DNA of 64,000 nucleotides, taken from the NCBI RefSeq assembly GCF_964194025.1, contig NC_134469.1, positions 57,350,001-57,414,000 of the forward strand, in the 5' to 3' direction. This document shows, in pieces, positions 34,520 to 48,599 of this stretch; positions within the stretch are counted from its first letter, which is position 1, and each line of letters starts with the position of its first letter. The notes under the pieces are model-generated. The model was not told where the DNA came from and searched no databases. It saw only the letters and a list, made by a program, of their open reading frames with translations. The stretch comes from Convolutriloba macropyga. Lineage: Eukaryota. Both the position numbers and the translations under genes were made by a program.

Positions 34520-37500
34520 ATATTTGGAGAAATTTATTCTTTCTTTCCTTCTAACTATCAATCAGAAGACAAGTGGAAAGTATGAACCTCGCGTGACGTC
34601 TCACTCAAAAGATGTTGAGTGTGAATTGTCTACAAAAAGTTTCGAGGAAAATTTTAACAGATTAGAGATACATGACTCAAATCCGCGGAACACTGCTTCA
34701 GACCATGATCAGTTTCGTCTTCAAGTCCAACATCAGAAAACCGCGTTTAAAAGTGTTTCTGAGGTACGTGAAAGACATTACGTACAGTAAAAACATCCAA
34801 CAGACGCTGCATACTCGTAACACTCCAATTTCTAGTTTTCTTTAGAAAGTACTAATGATGATGACAATATGCCCAGGAAAAATTAAACAAACGCAGCTGT
34901 GCTCTAAAAATAACGTCATTCAGGAATAGCATCCGCGCAGAGATGCTATTTTACTCCTTTGGTAGGAGCTTCCAAAGCACTTTGAACTATGAGTTTTACT
35001 GATGAAAAGTTTCAAGGCCTTATTGTTTTATAGAAACGGGATAGTCAATTTCTGAAGCTAATAATAATTCAGTCACAAAATATTGAAACGAACAAAAGAA
35101 GAGGGATACCACAAGAGGAGTACTACAACTACTGGTTGAGGGTTACTACACTGTCTTTCTCTTAAATAAATTGAGTATTCCACTAACTCATGGAACACTA
35201 ATACGAGCCTCCATACGAACACTCGAGCCTCCATTGATCTTTGCATGTGGAATCACTTTGAACAGATCTTTGCCAGGGATTTGGAAAAATTAATTGCAAT
35301 TAATTGGCTAAACGAAAAGAGGTACAATAAATTAATTTAAATGGCAAAACAAAAATCAATTATTGGAATTAGAATAGTCACCAATCAATTATTGCAATCA
35401 ATTAATTGCCAATTATTGCAATTACAATTATTTTTTCCGAATCTCTGGTCTTAGCAACCGTTTCTATCATGATGACATTGATAGAGTTTTGCGGGCTCTG
35501 ACCACTCATTGACTCAAATATTGCCTCCGCATTTTTACTTTTGATATTTGCTCCGTCTTGACCTGGCTCATTAATCTATTTATCTCATCCACGGCGGTCT
35601 CCAGATCCCGAGCTACACGCTCCCGCTCTATGAGCGAAATATTCCTTATTCTTATCCGCTGTTAGTGTGACCTCTTCCAAATTCTTTTTAGCACATCCAA
35701 CCGCCTTTTGCCCGACTCCCGCTGATTCTTAGAATTTTCCAATAACCTTTTCGTTTAACGATGTTGATCGCTCAGGATTCAGTCATCCCTTTCAGATGTC
35801 GGAGATCCAAATTGCCGTTTTGAGCGTATTCGGTCCAAATACTATAAGTTAGTGAATATGCCCTGGGATGTTTTGAACGGTCTGTAGTTTGCTCATAACC
35901 ATTAGAGAAAAAGCCCCATTGTGTTTAAACCAATTTTTTGGTTTTTAAAAAAATGTTTTGGTCCAAAAACACGAGTTCGGGCCAATTTTGCTTAAAGTAA
36001 GGGTAATACTTGCAAGGTGTCTAACACTGAAAATATTAAAGAAGCCCAAAATAAAGGCATAATTGAATGTAGAGCTGATATAACAATGCAGGTAAACCCT
36101 GAAGTCTTGGTTAGGTTTGAAGTTTTGACCAACTTTAGTTATTTTTGTGTAAAACACAAATATTCGCCAGAATTTGGAATTTTTTCTTCAAACAAGTAAG
36201 TATAGGGAATTGTGTATTGCACGAAAGCCATCATAAATGTCTTCAAAATGTATTCCACCGACCATGGTTCGCTTATCATGGTGTCAGAATAACATCAATG
36301 AGTTTGTAATAGCGTTCAGCAATAAATTTTTATGGTTTTTTGGTCTGTTGAAAAATAAAGGTTAATAAATAAATGTGCTGGTTCCTCCAACTTTTAATTG
36401 TGAAATCGTCAACCATGAAGTAAACACTCGGTACGTTTTGGTCATCCATGTGACAAATTAAACGTTGGAGAGTTTGCACAGGAAAACTTCGTGTCGGATA
36501 TTGATGAAAAAATTTGCAAATAACAAGTGAATAAAACCAATTATCTGGACTTTGATCATAAGGAGCAAAACTGAAGTCTGTGTGCATCTCCTTGACTGCT
36601 GATAAATAAGAGCAATTTGTGGGCAGACACAAAAAACATCAAAATCTAAAGGTTTAGTTAAAGCAAAGTCGGATGAAATAAAGATTGGAATGTTGTTGTA
36701 TTTGAGGACAGATTTCGAGAAGAGTTGGATTTTGTTGAGCTGTGGATCATAAATGGCCTTCAGTCCAGTATTTTTCCTTTTTAGACGTGGCGTTCCTCAT
36801 TTTTCGATGATACTGTAGTCTTTTCGGGGGTTGCGGCTGATGGACGATTTTCAGTTCGAGGAGTTTCAGCAAATTTTAATTTTAAATTTTTTCTTCTTTG
36901 TTTTCCGGTTACCGGGTAACAAGTTTTCTCCCAACTGTTGCAAATAGTTATTTGTGATTATGCGAGTTATATTTTTGCCAAAGGTAACTTGTCGACATTC
37001 TGGTAACTCCTGAAATTTTGACGATTTCTAAGGTTATAATTAGGTCTCAATTGTTGAATATTGCTACTTGTAGAAATTGATTTCATCAGTGGATGCCTTT
37101 GTTGCTCTAAAGTTACTGATGTTGATCGTGCCCTCTTTTGGTTAAGTGATTGGTTTGGCATCGCTGCTGGTTGCGAGGATGTTCCTGGTTGATTCAAATT
37201 AATTAACTGGGAACTCGCGCAGCGTCAGTGTCTTCATCAGTTTGAATAAATACGGTTTCAACTGGAATTGCTGTAGTTGGATTTTCCTCTTCAGCTGTTG
37301 TTTCAGGCCCTGGTTTGAAAAAAAATAATTGGTTTTGTTTTCCACGGGCTCATTCGGAATTATTCCTTCGGCTTCAAAAGGTTAAAAATGATCATCCACT
37401 TCTTGAGCTAGATCTTCGTTTTCAATATCATTATGCGTCTCTTGATGGGGAAACAACGCAATCGTTTTTCCAAAAAGGTGCGATACCTCAGTAAGTGGTG

Positions 37501-40500
37501 TTGAAATTAACGTCGAATTGTCCGTTGACTTTTGAAAGAAGTTTTCATGGTAACTTTCCTCAAAAATTCAAGTCAAAATGTTGAGGTTTTCATCGATATT
37601 TCGTTAAATAAGGTCCTTTTTAAATTTAGTTGGGTCGATAACGTTCAAGTCATCATCTGTTGTTTGCGGCTCAGCTGGTCAGAAACGCAAACGAATAATA
37701 CATTGTGTAAAATTAGTGCCACATTTTTTGTATAATATAATTTGAGCTAGTAAAGTTTATTTTATGATTTTTATTAACCAAGGTAACCAAAGTTGTTCAG
37801 CTTTTGCAGCTAGGTCCTGTTGTGCAGTAAGCTTTGGGTTCAACAATAATCAATAACTATGTAATTCCAAAGGACTTACGTTTGCTTTTCGATCATAATA
37901 AGAGTGAAACCTATGATAAACATAAAAAAATATTCCTTTTGGTTCCTTCATAGGATTTCATTATTGATTCATGAAGATCCATAACGCAATCCGAAGTAAT
38001 TTTGGTTCTTCGATTCTTAGATGTTCCAAAACGCAATTCGACTGGCTCACGTCCATGAAAAATTTGAATAGGTTAACATCCACGAATGAAACGTTGTATT
38101 TTGGATAAAGGCTGCAAGATCTATATATTTATACCAGTCTGTTGTACCAAGAAACATTGGTAATTAATCTGAGAAATCGTTTCAGAGCACCATTTGCACG
38201 TTCAAATTCACCCACAGATTGAGGTTGTTTCAATGACGCGTGACTAATTCGTACTTCAAGAATTGTTGTTAACTCTTGCAAAAATAGCAATAAAGATTGT
38301 CCCAAGATCTGACATCAGTTTCTCTGGATTATAGCTACGACGCAAGAAGAACTGAGATAATGCTTTTGCTGCCATTAATGCCGACAGAATAGCTAAAGGC
38401 GCATCAAATAAAAATTTCGAAAACACGCCAATTCCAGTGAGTGCATATCGATATGGGTAAAACTTAAGATCGATAAGGGTCCGACCAAATCAACCTGCTT
38501 AATATCGCCCAGAAACGAACTCTGCCAAGAAAGTGGAAACAATGGGGCGCGTGACAATTATTCTTTTGTGTGCTTGGTTTGTAACCATGATAAACATTTT
38601 GATGTATAATGAGCAAAGAATTCAAACCAAGGAAATTAAAAACGTTTCCGAAAACTAGCTATTGTTTTCTGTTTTCTGAAGCAGTTGAAGAGTTTTGCAA
38701 GCGATAAACTATTTCTTCTCGGAGATGTTTGGGGACGCATATTTGATTATGAGAGACATTACCAGTGTCGTCAAAAAACTGGCTCACAACATCATTCACA
38801 TTTTTGAGTCTGTCGAAAGGTTTCAAAAAAATCTTCAATTTCTATTGAATATATGGATTAGAATCAGCGTTTCCTTCGTTGATCCAGTCGCGTACCTTTT
38901 CTCGTACTAAATCTTTGCGCTGCTCATTTCGCAACCATAAACAATGAGATTTCTCCGATAGATCGTGGATCCAGTGGAATCTCCATCAAGTGGATTCTCC
39001 ATAACAATTGAATTCACCTCCTGCCTTTTCACAGCTTTTTGATCAATTGTGCTTACTTCTTGGAACAAACAGGGGAAGTTTTGAACAATCTATAAAAATT
39101 TTTTCTGCTGGTGAAAAATCTTCATTATGTGTATTAATTTTATGCGCGACTTCGTCAAAGTTGTTTATAGAGACACCAGGAGCTTTTAAGGCCATTTAAA
39201 CTTGAATTTCTTTGATTGGAATCGAATCAAAAATTTCAGATTCAAGGGTTTCTCATGGATTGGTTTGCATTCTAGACACGAAATTGGCTGCTGCGTTGGC
39301 TTTCCCTAGTATATGAGCTAGCAGTATATTGAACGATCAAACTCTGTCCAGGAAATTCCGAAGCGAAAGCCAGGAGTTTTAGCTTAGAAAAAAAGAATCA
39401 AACTGTTATCTGTAAGCAACAGCACAGGTTTTTCAGCACCCCATATGAATTGGAAAAAGCAATCTGATGCGTAACAAAGTGCCAAAAAACTCCATTCAGT
39501 ATATCGACAGCTTGAGATGGGTTTTGTTAAAAAAAATGTGAACCAAACGAAACTGGTGCATAACAATTTTTTCGTTTTAGATTAATCACGACCTTCATTC
39601 ATTAATACAAAATCAGCTCCATGATAATATGCGTCACACAATATCACATATTGTTTATTCGGGCTAGCTATTTTGAGGGCTAAATTGGTAGCAGTTGATG
39701 GATCACGTAAAGTTTCTATAGCCTGAACATGGGATTCATCAATAACGAATTCTTCTCCGTTTTCAACTATTGATAAACCGGAATTAATTTTCATTTAATT
39801 TTGGAATAAACTACTGAAAATAATGCGTGAAACCAATTAAGCGTTTTACTTGTTTCACAGTTTTCGGTATTTTGAACTTCTTTAAAAACTTCAAAATTTT
39901 ATCACTTTCAGGTTGAACTCCTTCTAGGGTAATTGTCTTTCCTAAAAAGATAATTTTCTGTGATCCAAATGTGCATTTCTTTGGTGACAATTTCAGTCTA
40001 GACCGACGAATACAAGTGAAAATTTGTTTGAGGCTGGGTACGAATTCATCAAATTCGTTCATTCCCAAGCCAATGTCATCTATAAACTGGTGCAAACATT
40101 TGTGGCTAAACAAGGACCTAAGGAACTACGAATGAACGAACTGAATCCGGTAACCAGTTTACTCAATCCTTGAGCCAAGCATTTATAAGCAAACGTTTTG
40201 GAGGCAAAATTGAACGATAAAATTTCAATTGATATCGGAACAGCCTTCTGAACACAATGGTAAGCTTGCGAACAGTCTAACTTTGCAAACAGACGTTTTC
40301 CCGCAAAATGATTTTCTGCATCTGTTTGCTTCGAAAGGGAAAATTAGAATTTTTTTAGTCATGCCTCAAAAGATGATTTATTCGTCTCAGGTCAGCTAGT
40401 AAACGAAGTTTATCTGATGATTTCCGTTGCGCAAAGATAGCACTGCCATATTTTGAGTAAGGTAATGTTGTTATAACGTTGTAATAATGCATTAAAGCCA

Positions 40501-41690
40501 ATTCAACTTACAGTTCGTCACAAAAATGAATGGGCACTGCTGCTGGCTGAATAAAAACTGGCATATCATGATCGGGATTAAGTTTATTTTTTACTTCCGA
40601 ATTATAACCAACATCCTAACGATGTTTTGCAAATATATCATGAAAATCCAAAAAAACTTCTGCAATTGTTGACTTTGAGCATCTAATAATGCTGATTGAG
40701 ACCAATCAAACTGCTCTTAAAAGTATTTTTGATCTTCAAAGTTGTTTTTGGTTTTAATTGATCAAGTCGTTTGGAAGGTAAAAGTTGATCATATATGCGT
40801 CTTTGTAAAGGAGAAAGTTTTCCAGGCTCAAAACAAGTTTCTGGAGTTGGCTATCAGATTTAATCGAAATTGGGCTCCGAGCGCTCAGGTTGCTCATCAA
40901 ATGTATGCTCATCAACATGCATCAGTTGGTTTATTTCTTCAAAAACTTCCGTTTGTTATTGAATTCACAGCGACCAACTTTCAATCGATCGGAATCAAAT
41001 TAACAACTTCTGAAGCCTGCAAAAGATTGAACATGACAGTTTCTGTATTAATTGGAATTGTACTTGGGTGATCAGTAAGGTTTATTCCCAGAACATGACC
41101 TTGGAACTAATCATTAACTTGGGAAAGGGTCAATGCAATAAAAATGTCCATTGCATTCTCAACCGAATTCACAGGTATAACAATTCCTGAAAAGATCTTT
41201 CATAAAATGATGCCAAGATTCAAGCGAAATTGTAATAACAATTTGTTCCTCGGGTACAATGCCATACTTCTGAATATTATTCATTGGGTATCCTTTGACT
41301 TTTCTTACAAATTTACGCTTAAATTTCACTGAATTAAATTCGTTCAATTAAATTCGTTTAGGCTATTTTGACTTGCGTAATTGAAAATATGATGACGTCA
41401 ATAGAAGGAATTACCAATAACACACTATTCTTAGTAGGTAAAATCAGAAAAGTTTTCGTTAATAAATTTGAAAGAAATTTCAGCTTTGCCAATAACGGGT
41501 AATAGTTTTCCTGAAGCTAATTGACATTTGGGTGTTCAGAACGCTTCAGTTCACTTGCTTGATTACATTGGTCGTTAGGGAAAATTGTCGCAGATTTTCT
41601 TGGGCATGGCGTTTGCAAAGGCTCCAGTATCAGCTAGTGCTCCTTTTCTGACTGCATTTTGGAATTCAGTTGTACCCGATGAGAGTACGA
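34520..41690 (-). mobile_element. Decayed, 5'-truncated Ty3/Gypsy LTR retrotransposon
   Basis: Domain order PR-RT-RH-IN: protease ALADTGA (about 41625), RT FIDDI (about 40080), RNase H LCDA and YAPVSFGS (39550-39640), integrase QSVGEFERANGALKRFL (about 38200), GPY (about 37615), YNLR tail (about 37035). Polypurine tract AAGAGAAAGACAG followed by TGTAGTAA at 35150 marks the probable 3' LTR start. The left boundary is uncertain. Confidence 0.85.
35274..35447. mobile_element. 174-bp hAT-like MITE nested in the Gypsy element
   Basis: Imperfect TIRs CAGGGATTTGGAAAAATTAATTGCAATT and CAGAGATTCGGAAAAAATAATTGTAATT (reverse complement). Degenerate 8-bp TSD ATCTTTGC / GTCTTAGC. Confidence 0.75.
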
Positions 41691-43870
41691 AGCTGTATTT
41701 TAGAAGAAAAAATACACCAAGTTCTCCTAAATACGAAATAATAAAAAAACAATTCCGAAATTAAAACCGATTCGGCCGTCTCCATAGACACTGTGAGCGT
41801 GGCTAACGCCAAAAAAGTCTAAGAAACTAAAATATTTTTCATTGGGAGCTGGAGAAGTAGTAAAAATATGCACCTATCTGTCAAAAAACTGAAATCCTTT
41901 GAAATGACAACAATTGTTGCAATTTTACGAATTCGACGAAATTTTGGTACAAATCACAGTTCATATAGTCGGTACAACTGAGAAAACTACAAAAAAGACA
42001 ATAAAAAACAAAATATCTATTTCCAATATCTTGAAAAATAGAAGACTTTTTCGAGAAGAGTTTTTTTTCTCATAATTTCAAGTTTCTCTATACTGGAGTA
42101 AATTAAACAAAAACTCTAGTTCTTCTTGCGTAAAAGGACGTATATTAGTGAGAACTAACAAGTTCTAAACCCAAAGAAGACAAAGTAGTCGAGTTTAGAG
42201 TGAAATTGCCGAAAAATAAGCTATATTTTAGAAGAAAAAAGACATCTAGTTCTCCTAACTACGATATAATCAAAGAGACAATCGGAAATTTACACCCGTA
42301 TTGGTCAGCTTCATAGACACTGCGAGCTTGGTTAACACCAAAAAAGCCTAAGAAAATAAAATATTTTTCAGTGGGAGCTGGACAAAAAGTAAAAAAAAAA
42401 TATGTACATATTTATCAAAAAACTGAAATCCTTTGAAAATAGCAATTGTTGCAATTTTACAATTCCGACGGAATTTGGGTACAAATCACAGTTCAGGAAG
42501 TTGGCACAACTGTGAAAAATGCAGAAAAAAAATAGAAAACAAAATATCTATTGTTTCCAATATCTTGAAAAATAGAAGACTTTTTCGAGACGAGTTTTTT
42601 CTAATAATTTCAAGTTTCTCTATACTGGAGCCAAAAAATCAGAAACTCTAGTTCTTTTAGCGTATACGGACGTTTATTAGTAAGAACTAACACGTTCTAA
42701 ACCCACAGAAGTCAAAATGATCGAGTTTAGATAAAAAATGCCGGAAAAGGAGCTCAATTCTAGAAGAGCAGGTACACCTATATCTCCTAACTGCTAAATG
42801 ATCAAAAAAGAGGCAATTCCGAATTTACAGCCAAGTCGGCCGCCACCATAGACACTGTGAGAGTGAGAAACGCCAATAAGACCTAAGGAACTAGAATAGT
42901 TTCCGTTGATAGCTGGAGAAAAAGTAAAATATGTATATATTTATCAAAAAAATTAATTCCTTTGAAAATAACAACAATTGTTGGAATTTTACAAATCCGA
43001 CACTATTTTTGTAGAAATCAAAGTTCATATAGTTGGTACAACTGAAAAACTACAAAAAAGACAATAAGAATGAAATATCTTTTATTTCCAATATCTTGAA
43101 AAATAGAAGACTTTTTCGAGAAGAGTTTTTTCTTACAATTTCAAGTTTCTCTATACTGGAGCCAAGTAATCAGAAACTCTCAAACTTCTAGCGTATAAGG
43201 ACATCTATTAGTTAGAACTAACAGGTTCTAAACCCAAAAAAGTCAAAATGGTCGAGTTTAGATAAAAATTGCCGAAAAAAGATGCTCAATTTTAGAAGAG
43301 CAGGTACACCTAGATATTCTGACTGCTAAAAGATCAAAAAAGAGGCATTCCGAATTTATAGCCGAGTCGGCCGTCAGCATAGACACCGTGAGAGTGAGTA
43401 ACACCAATGAAGCCTAAGAATTTAAAATAGTTTCCATTGGGAGCTGGAGAAAAAGTAAAATATGTACATATTTATCAAAAAAATTCATTCCTGTGAAAAT
43501 AACAACAATTGTTGGAATTTTACAATTCCGACGCTATTTTTGTAGAAATCACAGTTCATATAGTTGGTACAACTGAAAAACTACAAAACAGGCAATAAGA
43601 ATGAAATATCTTTTATTTCCAATATCTTGAAAAATAAACTATTTCGAGAAGAGTTTTTTTTCTCACAATCTCAAGTTTCTCCATACTGGAGCAAATTAAT
43701 CCGAAACTCTAGTTCTCTTTGCAAAAAAAAGACTTATATAAGTGAGAACTAACAAATTCTAAACCCAGAGAAGACAAAATAGTTGAGTTTAAAGAGAAAT
43801 TGTCGAAAAAAAGCTCTATTTTAGAAGAAAAATGACAGCTGGTTCTCCTAACTGCTAAATGGTCAAAGAG
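41690..43870. repeat. ~530-bp satellite array, left block (about 4 monomers)
   Basis: Marker AATATCTTGAAAAATA recurs at about 42025, 42559, 43091 and 43621. Confidence 0.95.
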
Positions 43871-44480
43871 GTAAAAAGTCTAGGATGTTACATTGATTGT
43901 CAATTTATCAATATACTCTTCAACGAAAGGTCAACTTTTTTGTTTTCTGTGAGTATTCATTTTATTATCTCCGTCTAATGTTGTCAATTCGAGATCAAGT
44001 TAAAACATCCTTTTTAAATAATTTTATAAGACTCTTAGAGTTATCACCTGTTGACTACTGTAATTCACTTTAAAATGGTCAGCTTTTTTGTCAGTAGAAC
44101 TTCAGCACAAGCGTTTGATTTTTCGATTGTCATTTTCAACGCCAACATTATCGGACCTGAAGCAGCTACAGTGCTTGCCAATTAGGCAACGCATTGTGTT
44201 CAAAATTTTATGGTTTTATGCGCATCGTTTTGTACATTAGCTTGTCAAACTCCCACTATTTTACTCGGAACTAATAAAAAGAAACACAATGAACTCAAGA
44301 TATCTCTATATGAACAAACCTTTGTTCACAATTTTTGCTCTGACTTTGAAAACTGTTTGTTCCTTCATGCCAATGCTGTTGAGTAGACAGATAAAGCTCT
44401 GTTTTGAGTTAAAATTAGTGCAATCTGACATGTTGTTCGGGCAAAAACTCCAATTTTTTCTGTTTTATAAATCGGGCTTT
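43870..44480 (+). mobile_element. 3' fragment of the same L2 family as 21668-25100, in the opposite orientation
   Basis: TTTGATTTTTCGATTGTCA...CCTGAAGCAGCTACA...TAGGCAACGCATTGTGTTCA matches the reverse complement of 21975-22060. Confidence 0.8.
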
Positions 44481-45120
44481 TTTGAGATTTTAATATCTGA
44501 TGAAGCATTGTACTGGTCAAATAAACTATTGGAGTTGGCGCTACGTTGATAAGAATCAATATCCCGGTGTGGAAAAACACGGAAATTAGAGTGCATTCTG
44601 AGACAGAATAACCACCAGCCAAAAGGCCGAACCAACCTGCATGAGGCCAAAAGAAAAAATTCGGGCCCGCATTTCATTGTTATTAGTTGAAAATATTTCA
44701 ACACACTATCTCATTTGACATTGCAATGCATATAAATAAACCATTTTGTGCAATCAATTTGAACTCCATCAGAGTGTGGCCTCATTTGGCGTGACGAATT
44801 GAACAGTATTTACTAAATATCCATCTTGAGAATAACCGTGTTTCATGGGCTAACCTTCTTATCAAACAAGAAAAAGAACACACACAACCTCTGAAAGTAC
44901 CAGGCAGAGTGCTGGAAAAATCCGCCGCTGATTCCCATAACCAAGATTGGGATTGATTGAAAAGAAAAGAATGATTTTTTACACAAACAAACGTGCAAAC
45001 TATTTTGATGTTGTTTTGGATTTAAATATAATCCTATTTCGTAGTGAGACGACACACGGGGCTGAAAACACTACCATCAAGCAAAGTAAAAGTTATCTAA
45101 AATTAATGTTTGCTTAACGG

Positions 45121-48100
45121 ATGTCAAAATTTAAGCTTTTTGAGTTTATCCCGATTCCATATTTTTTAATTATTGCAAAGCTGTTCGCTTTGGATCGTTT
45201 TGCTGAGCAACTACTGACTAAAAAGCGGTTTAGCAGAATGAGAAAACAATAAAACTAGCCTGCTTCTTTGTGGTGACATAGAAAAAAATCCTGGACCCTT
45301 TGATGCTTCAAAGCTTTCTGCTTTGGATGATGCCATATTTGGCACTCAAAAAGGCATTAAATTTCTACTTTTCAACGCTCGCAGCATACAAAATAAGTAT
45401 CAAGATATATCAAACTTGCTCCAGCAGCTGGATTCGGAAACTATTGTTATAGTAACTGAAACTTGAGCGAAGAACAAAGCTTGAATACAAACCTAAGCGC
45501 TGAGCACTATTTTTTGCATAAAATTCGGTCATATCAAACAGGAGCAGCTAAGGGTGGGGGTGTAGGAATATGGATTCCTAATAACATAAATTTTAAACGC
45601 AGAAGAGAATTTGAGTTAGCTGATCCAAATTTTTTTGAAACTTTGTGGCTGGAACTAGGCAACCCATTAACGAAAAAATGTCTCATTAACATCTCCTATT
45701 GTTCACATCAAAACTTTTTTTAAACGAATTAAGTGCAGAGGTTTCTAATGCGTTCTCAGCTACAGATAATATTCTCTTATTTGGTGATTATAACATTGAT
45801 ATACTGAGTGTAAACGGGAAGAAAAGCCTTCAAAATTTTGCGGCGGGACTAGGGTTACAGTTATCTAACATTGATATTTCTACACGCATAAGCAACAATA
45901 AAAGAAGTTTGATAGATCACTGTTTTTCGACTAATGAGCAAATCACTAGTTGGAAAGTCTGCTTACCTCCTTTGGATATTGATCAAAATCTAATTTTTTT
46001 TTCAGAGCAAGCTTTTTTTGATAGAAAAAAAACAAAATTATTTTATTAAACGAGATACAAAACACTTTGTCGATGAAAAATGTAATGGAGATCTGGCTCT
46101 TGCAGATTGGAGAACAGTTTATCAACAAAGAAACTGCGGTGAAAGGTTTGCAGAGTTTAACAGAATTTTTTTGACAATACTCGAAAAAAATGCACCAACA
46201 GAGAAGAAATTAATTTCTAATATAAAAATGACTACTTCAGAAAAACCTTGGTTGACAAAAGAAATTAAGCATTTAGTTGCCGAGAAACATCCTTACTTCT
46301 AAGACTACAAATTGACACAAAGTGCTGAATCATTTGTGTCATTTAAAAAGTATCGCAACCTTGTAAATCGAAAGTTAAAAGAAGCACAATATCAATTTTC
46401 AGAGGAATTTTTTACGATAATTGAAACCTCAAAAGAGAAATGAAAATTTTTTAAGAAAAAAATTGGAAAGAAAAACAACATTCCAAACATCTCAGAAATT
46501 GATGAGAATGGTAGAAAAACGAAAAACAGAAATCAATATGTAACGCTTTTAACAGAGTTTTCAGCGAAATGGGCATCTACAGAGGGCAGATTGATCCATT
46601 GAACGTCGGAAACACAGAGCAAAAATTTCAAGAGTTTAGATTTAGACCTTTTACTTTGAGGGAAATCTATAAAGTTATTGACAATCTAGACAACAACAAA
46701 GCACCAGGGCCGGGATACATCAATGCTTGGGCACTGAAGTCCGGAAAATATGCTCTTGGGACACATCTTCAGATTATATTTAACGATTGTATTCAAGAAA
46801 AAATTTTCCCAACAAATCTTAAGGATGCGCACATCACATCAATTTTCAAGAAAGGAGATGTTTCTGTTTTAACTAATTATCGTCCAATTTCCGTAACACC
46901 AACTTTCTCAAAAGTTTTTGAAAGGCTTTTACTTATTCAGTTAGTAGAATATCTTGAAAAATTTGCGCTCTTGAACAAAAAACAATTCAGTTTCTAATCT
47001 CGAAAATCGTCTACTGATGCTGTGCTTTAATTTATTGAAAAATTAATAGGAAATTTGGAAAATAACAACGACACAGGTGCTGTGTTCTTAGATCTTGCAA
47101 AAGCTTTCAATTCCATTTCACATAAAATCTTTCTCAAGAAAGCTGAAAATTTCAACCCCTCTCAATCAACAATTTTACTTCTCAAACTTGTTCTCGAAAA
47201 TCGAACACAATGCGTAAAACTGGGTTTTGACTTATCAGATAAATTGACTATTAATCATGGTGTTCCACAAGGAACTGTGTTAGGACATCTTATTTTTCTG
47301 TTATATGTCAACAATTTTTCTGAAAAATTGGAAGGTGAAAATGATGTTGTTCAATTTGCGGATGACACTAGTATTATATGCAAATTTGAACGTAATGAAA
47401 ATATTCCCCAAAAATTGAAAAAATATTAGAACAAACAGACAAATACCTGACAGAGAATCAACTCACTTTAATTGCGGATAAAACAGAGATGTTAATCTTT
47501 ACAAATCATACTAATTCGGATCCAGAGTTTTCTTTTAAAGGCGAAGTTATCAAACCAGCTCATGCAGGTCGTTATCTGTTAGTACAAATTGATTCAAACC
47601 TAACCTTTGAAAATCACTTGAACTCAGTTTTAAGCAAAATGGCTAATGCAATTCGTTCTTTGTATCTTGTAATTAATCAAATACCTTTGAAAGTGAGAAT
47701 TGATGTTTTCAAGTCAAATGTACTCTCTCATCTTTCTTTCAGTGGAGTATTCTTTCAAACTCTTACAGTGAAAAACTTAAACCGCATAAACAGGCAAATT
47801 AACTGGGGAATAAAAGTTTGTTATTTTCGTCAAAAATTTGACCACTATTGATCTGATGATTAAGGATCGTATCCTGCCAGCCCAATTGTTTATCTCAAAA
47901 ATTAGCCTAATGAAACTACAAACAGACATAAGACAATGGGAAACATCCAAAAATTTCAAAATGTTTTCTAGTCGCCATAACGCTAGACAGAACAAGAGAA
48001 CAAATCAAATTATTTTAAAAAAGAAAACGAAAACGAAGTGGAGTAACGAATCCTTAATCTTTAAAAGCGTTCAAAAATGGAACAAATTGCCCTCTTCAAT

Positions 48101-48300
48101 AAGAGATTTTAACAGTAAAACTTGCTTTAAAAATGTTTTAACCGAGTTTTTGCTCGATCAACACAAGAAAGTACCCGGTAATAGACAAATAGGAGCCTTC
48201 AAATCCTATTTTTACCAATGAAAACGAACAGCCACAATTTGAAGATTATTATATTAATAACAATGCCGATTAATTTATTTAACATTTTAGAGCATGTAGA
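45121..48300 (+). mobile_element. Decayed CR1-group LINE with a 2A-like peptide preceding APE-RT
   Basis: LLLCGDIEKNPGP (45260-45298) is in frame with LLFNARSIQNK and IVTET. Downstream motifs: GGGVGIWI, LFGDYNID, LIDH, KAPGP, NYRPISVTPTFSKVFE, FLDLAKAFNSISH, GVPQGTVLG and QFADDT. ORF stop at 48221. Confidence 0.9.
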
Positions 48301-48599
48301 TATCTAACCTTACGGTTATAGTGTGAGTGATTTATATGTTTTAAAAACAAAAACTTAAAAATCGACACAACTGCGAACTAAGGTAATGCGAAATGTATTA
48401 TCATTAAGTTAAAAGAAAATAGGAGCGCTAGAGATACCAATTGAGAACTTGAGGCGGCTATTTAAAAAATCAGCAAAAGAAAATTAATTCCTCTGCACTT
48501 ACAATTCAAGAAATGTACACAAAATATTAGGAATACACATATTTTTAAAACAGTTAATCTGTTTTTGTCCGAGTCAACGGCTCATTTTGTTCTCTTCCC

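Noticed and set aside
44615-44660. GCCAAAAGGCCGAA and CTGCATGAGGCCAAAAG resembling hammerhead ribozyme pieces
   Set aside because: Both core motifs are imperfect and in an order lacking stems I and III. An Infernal search would be needed.
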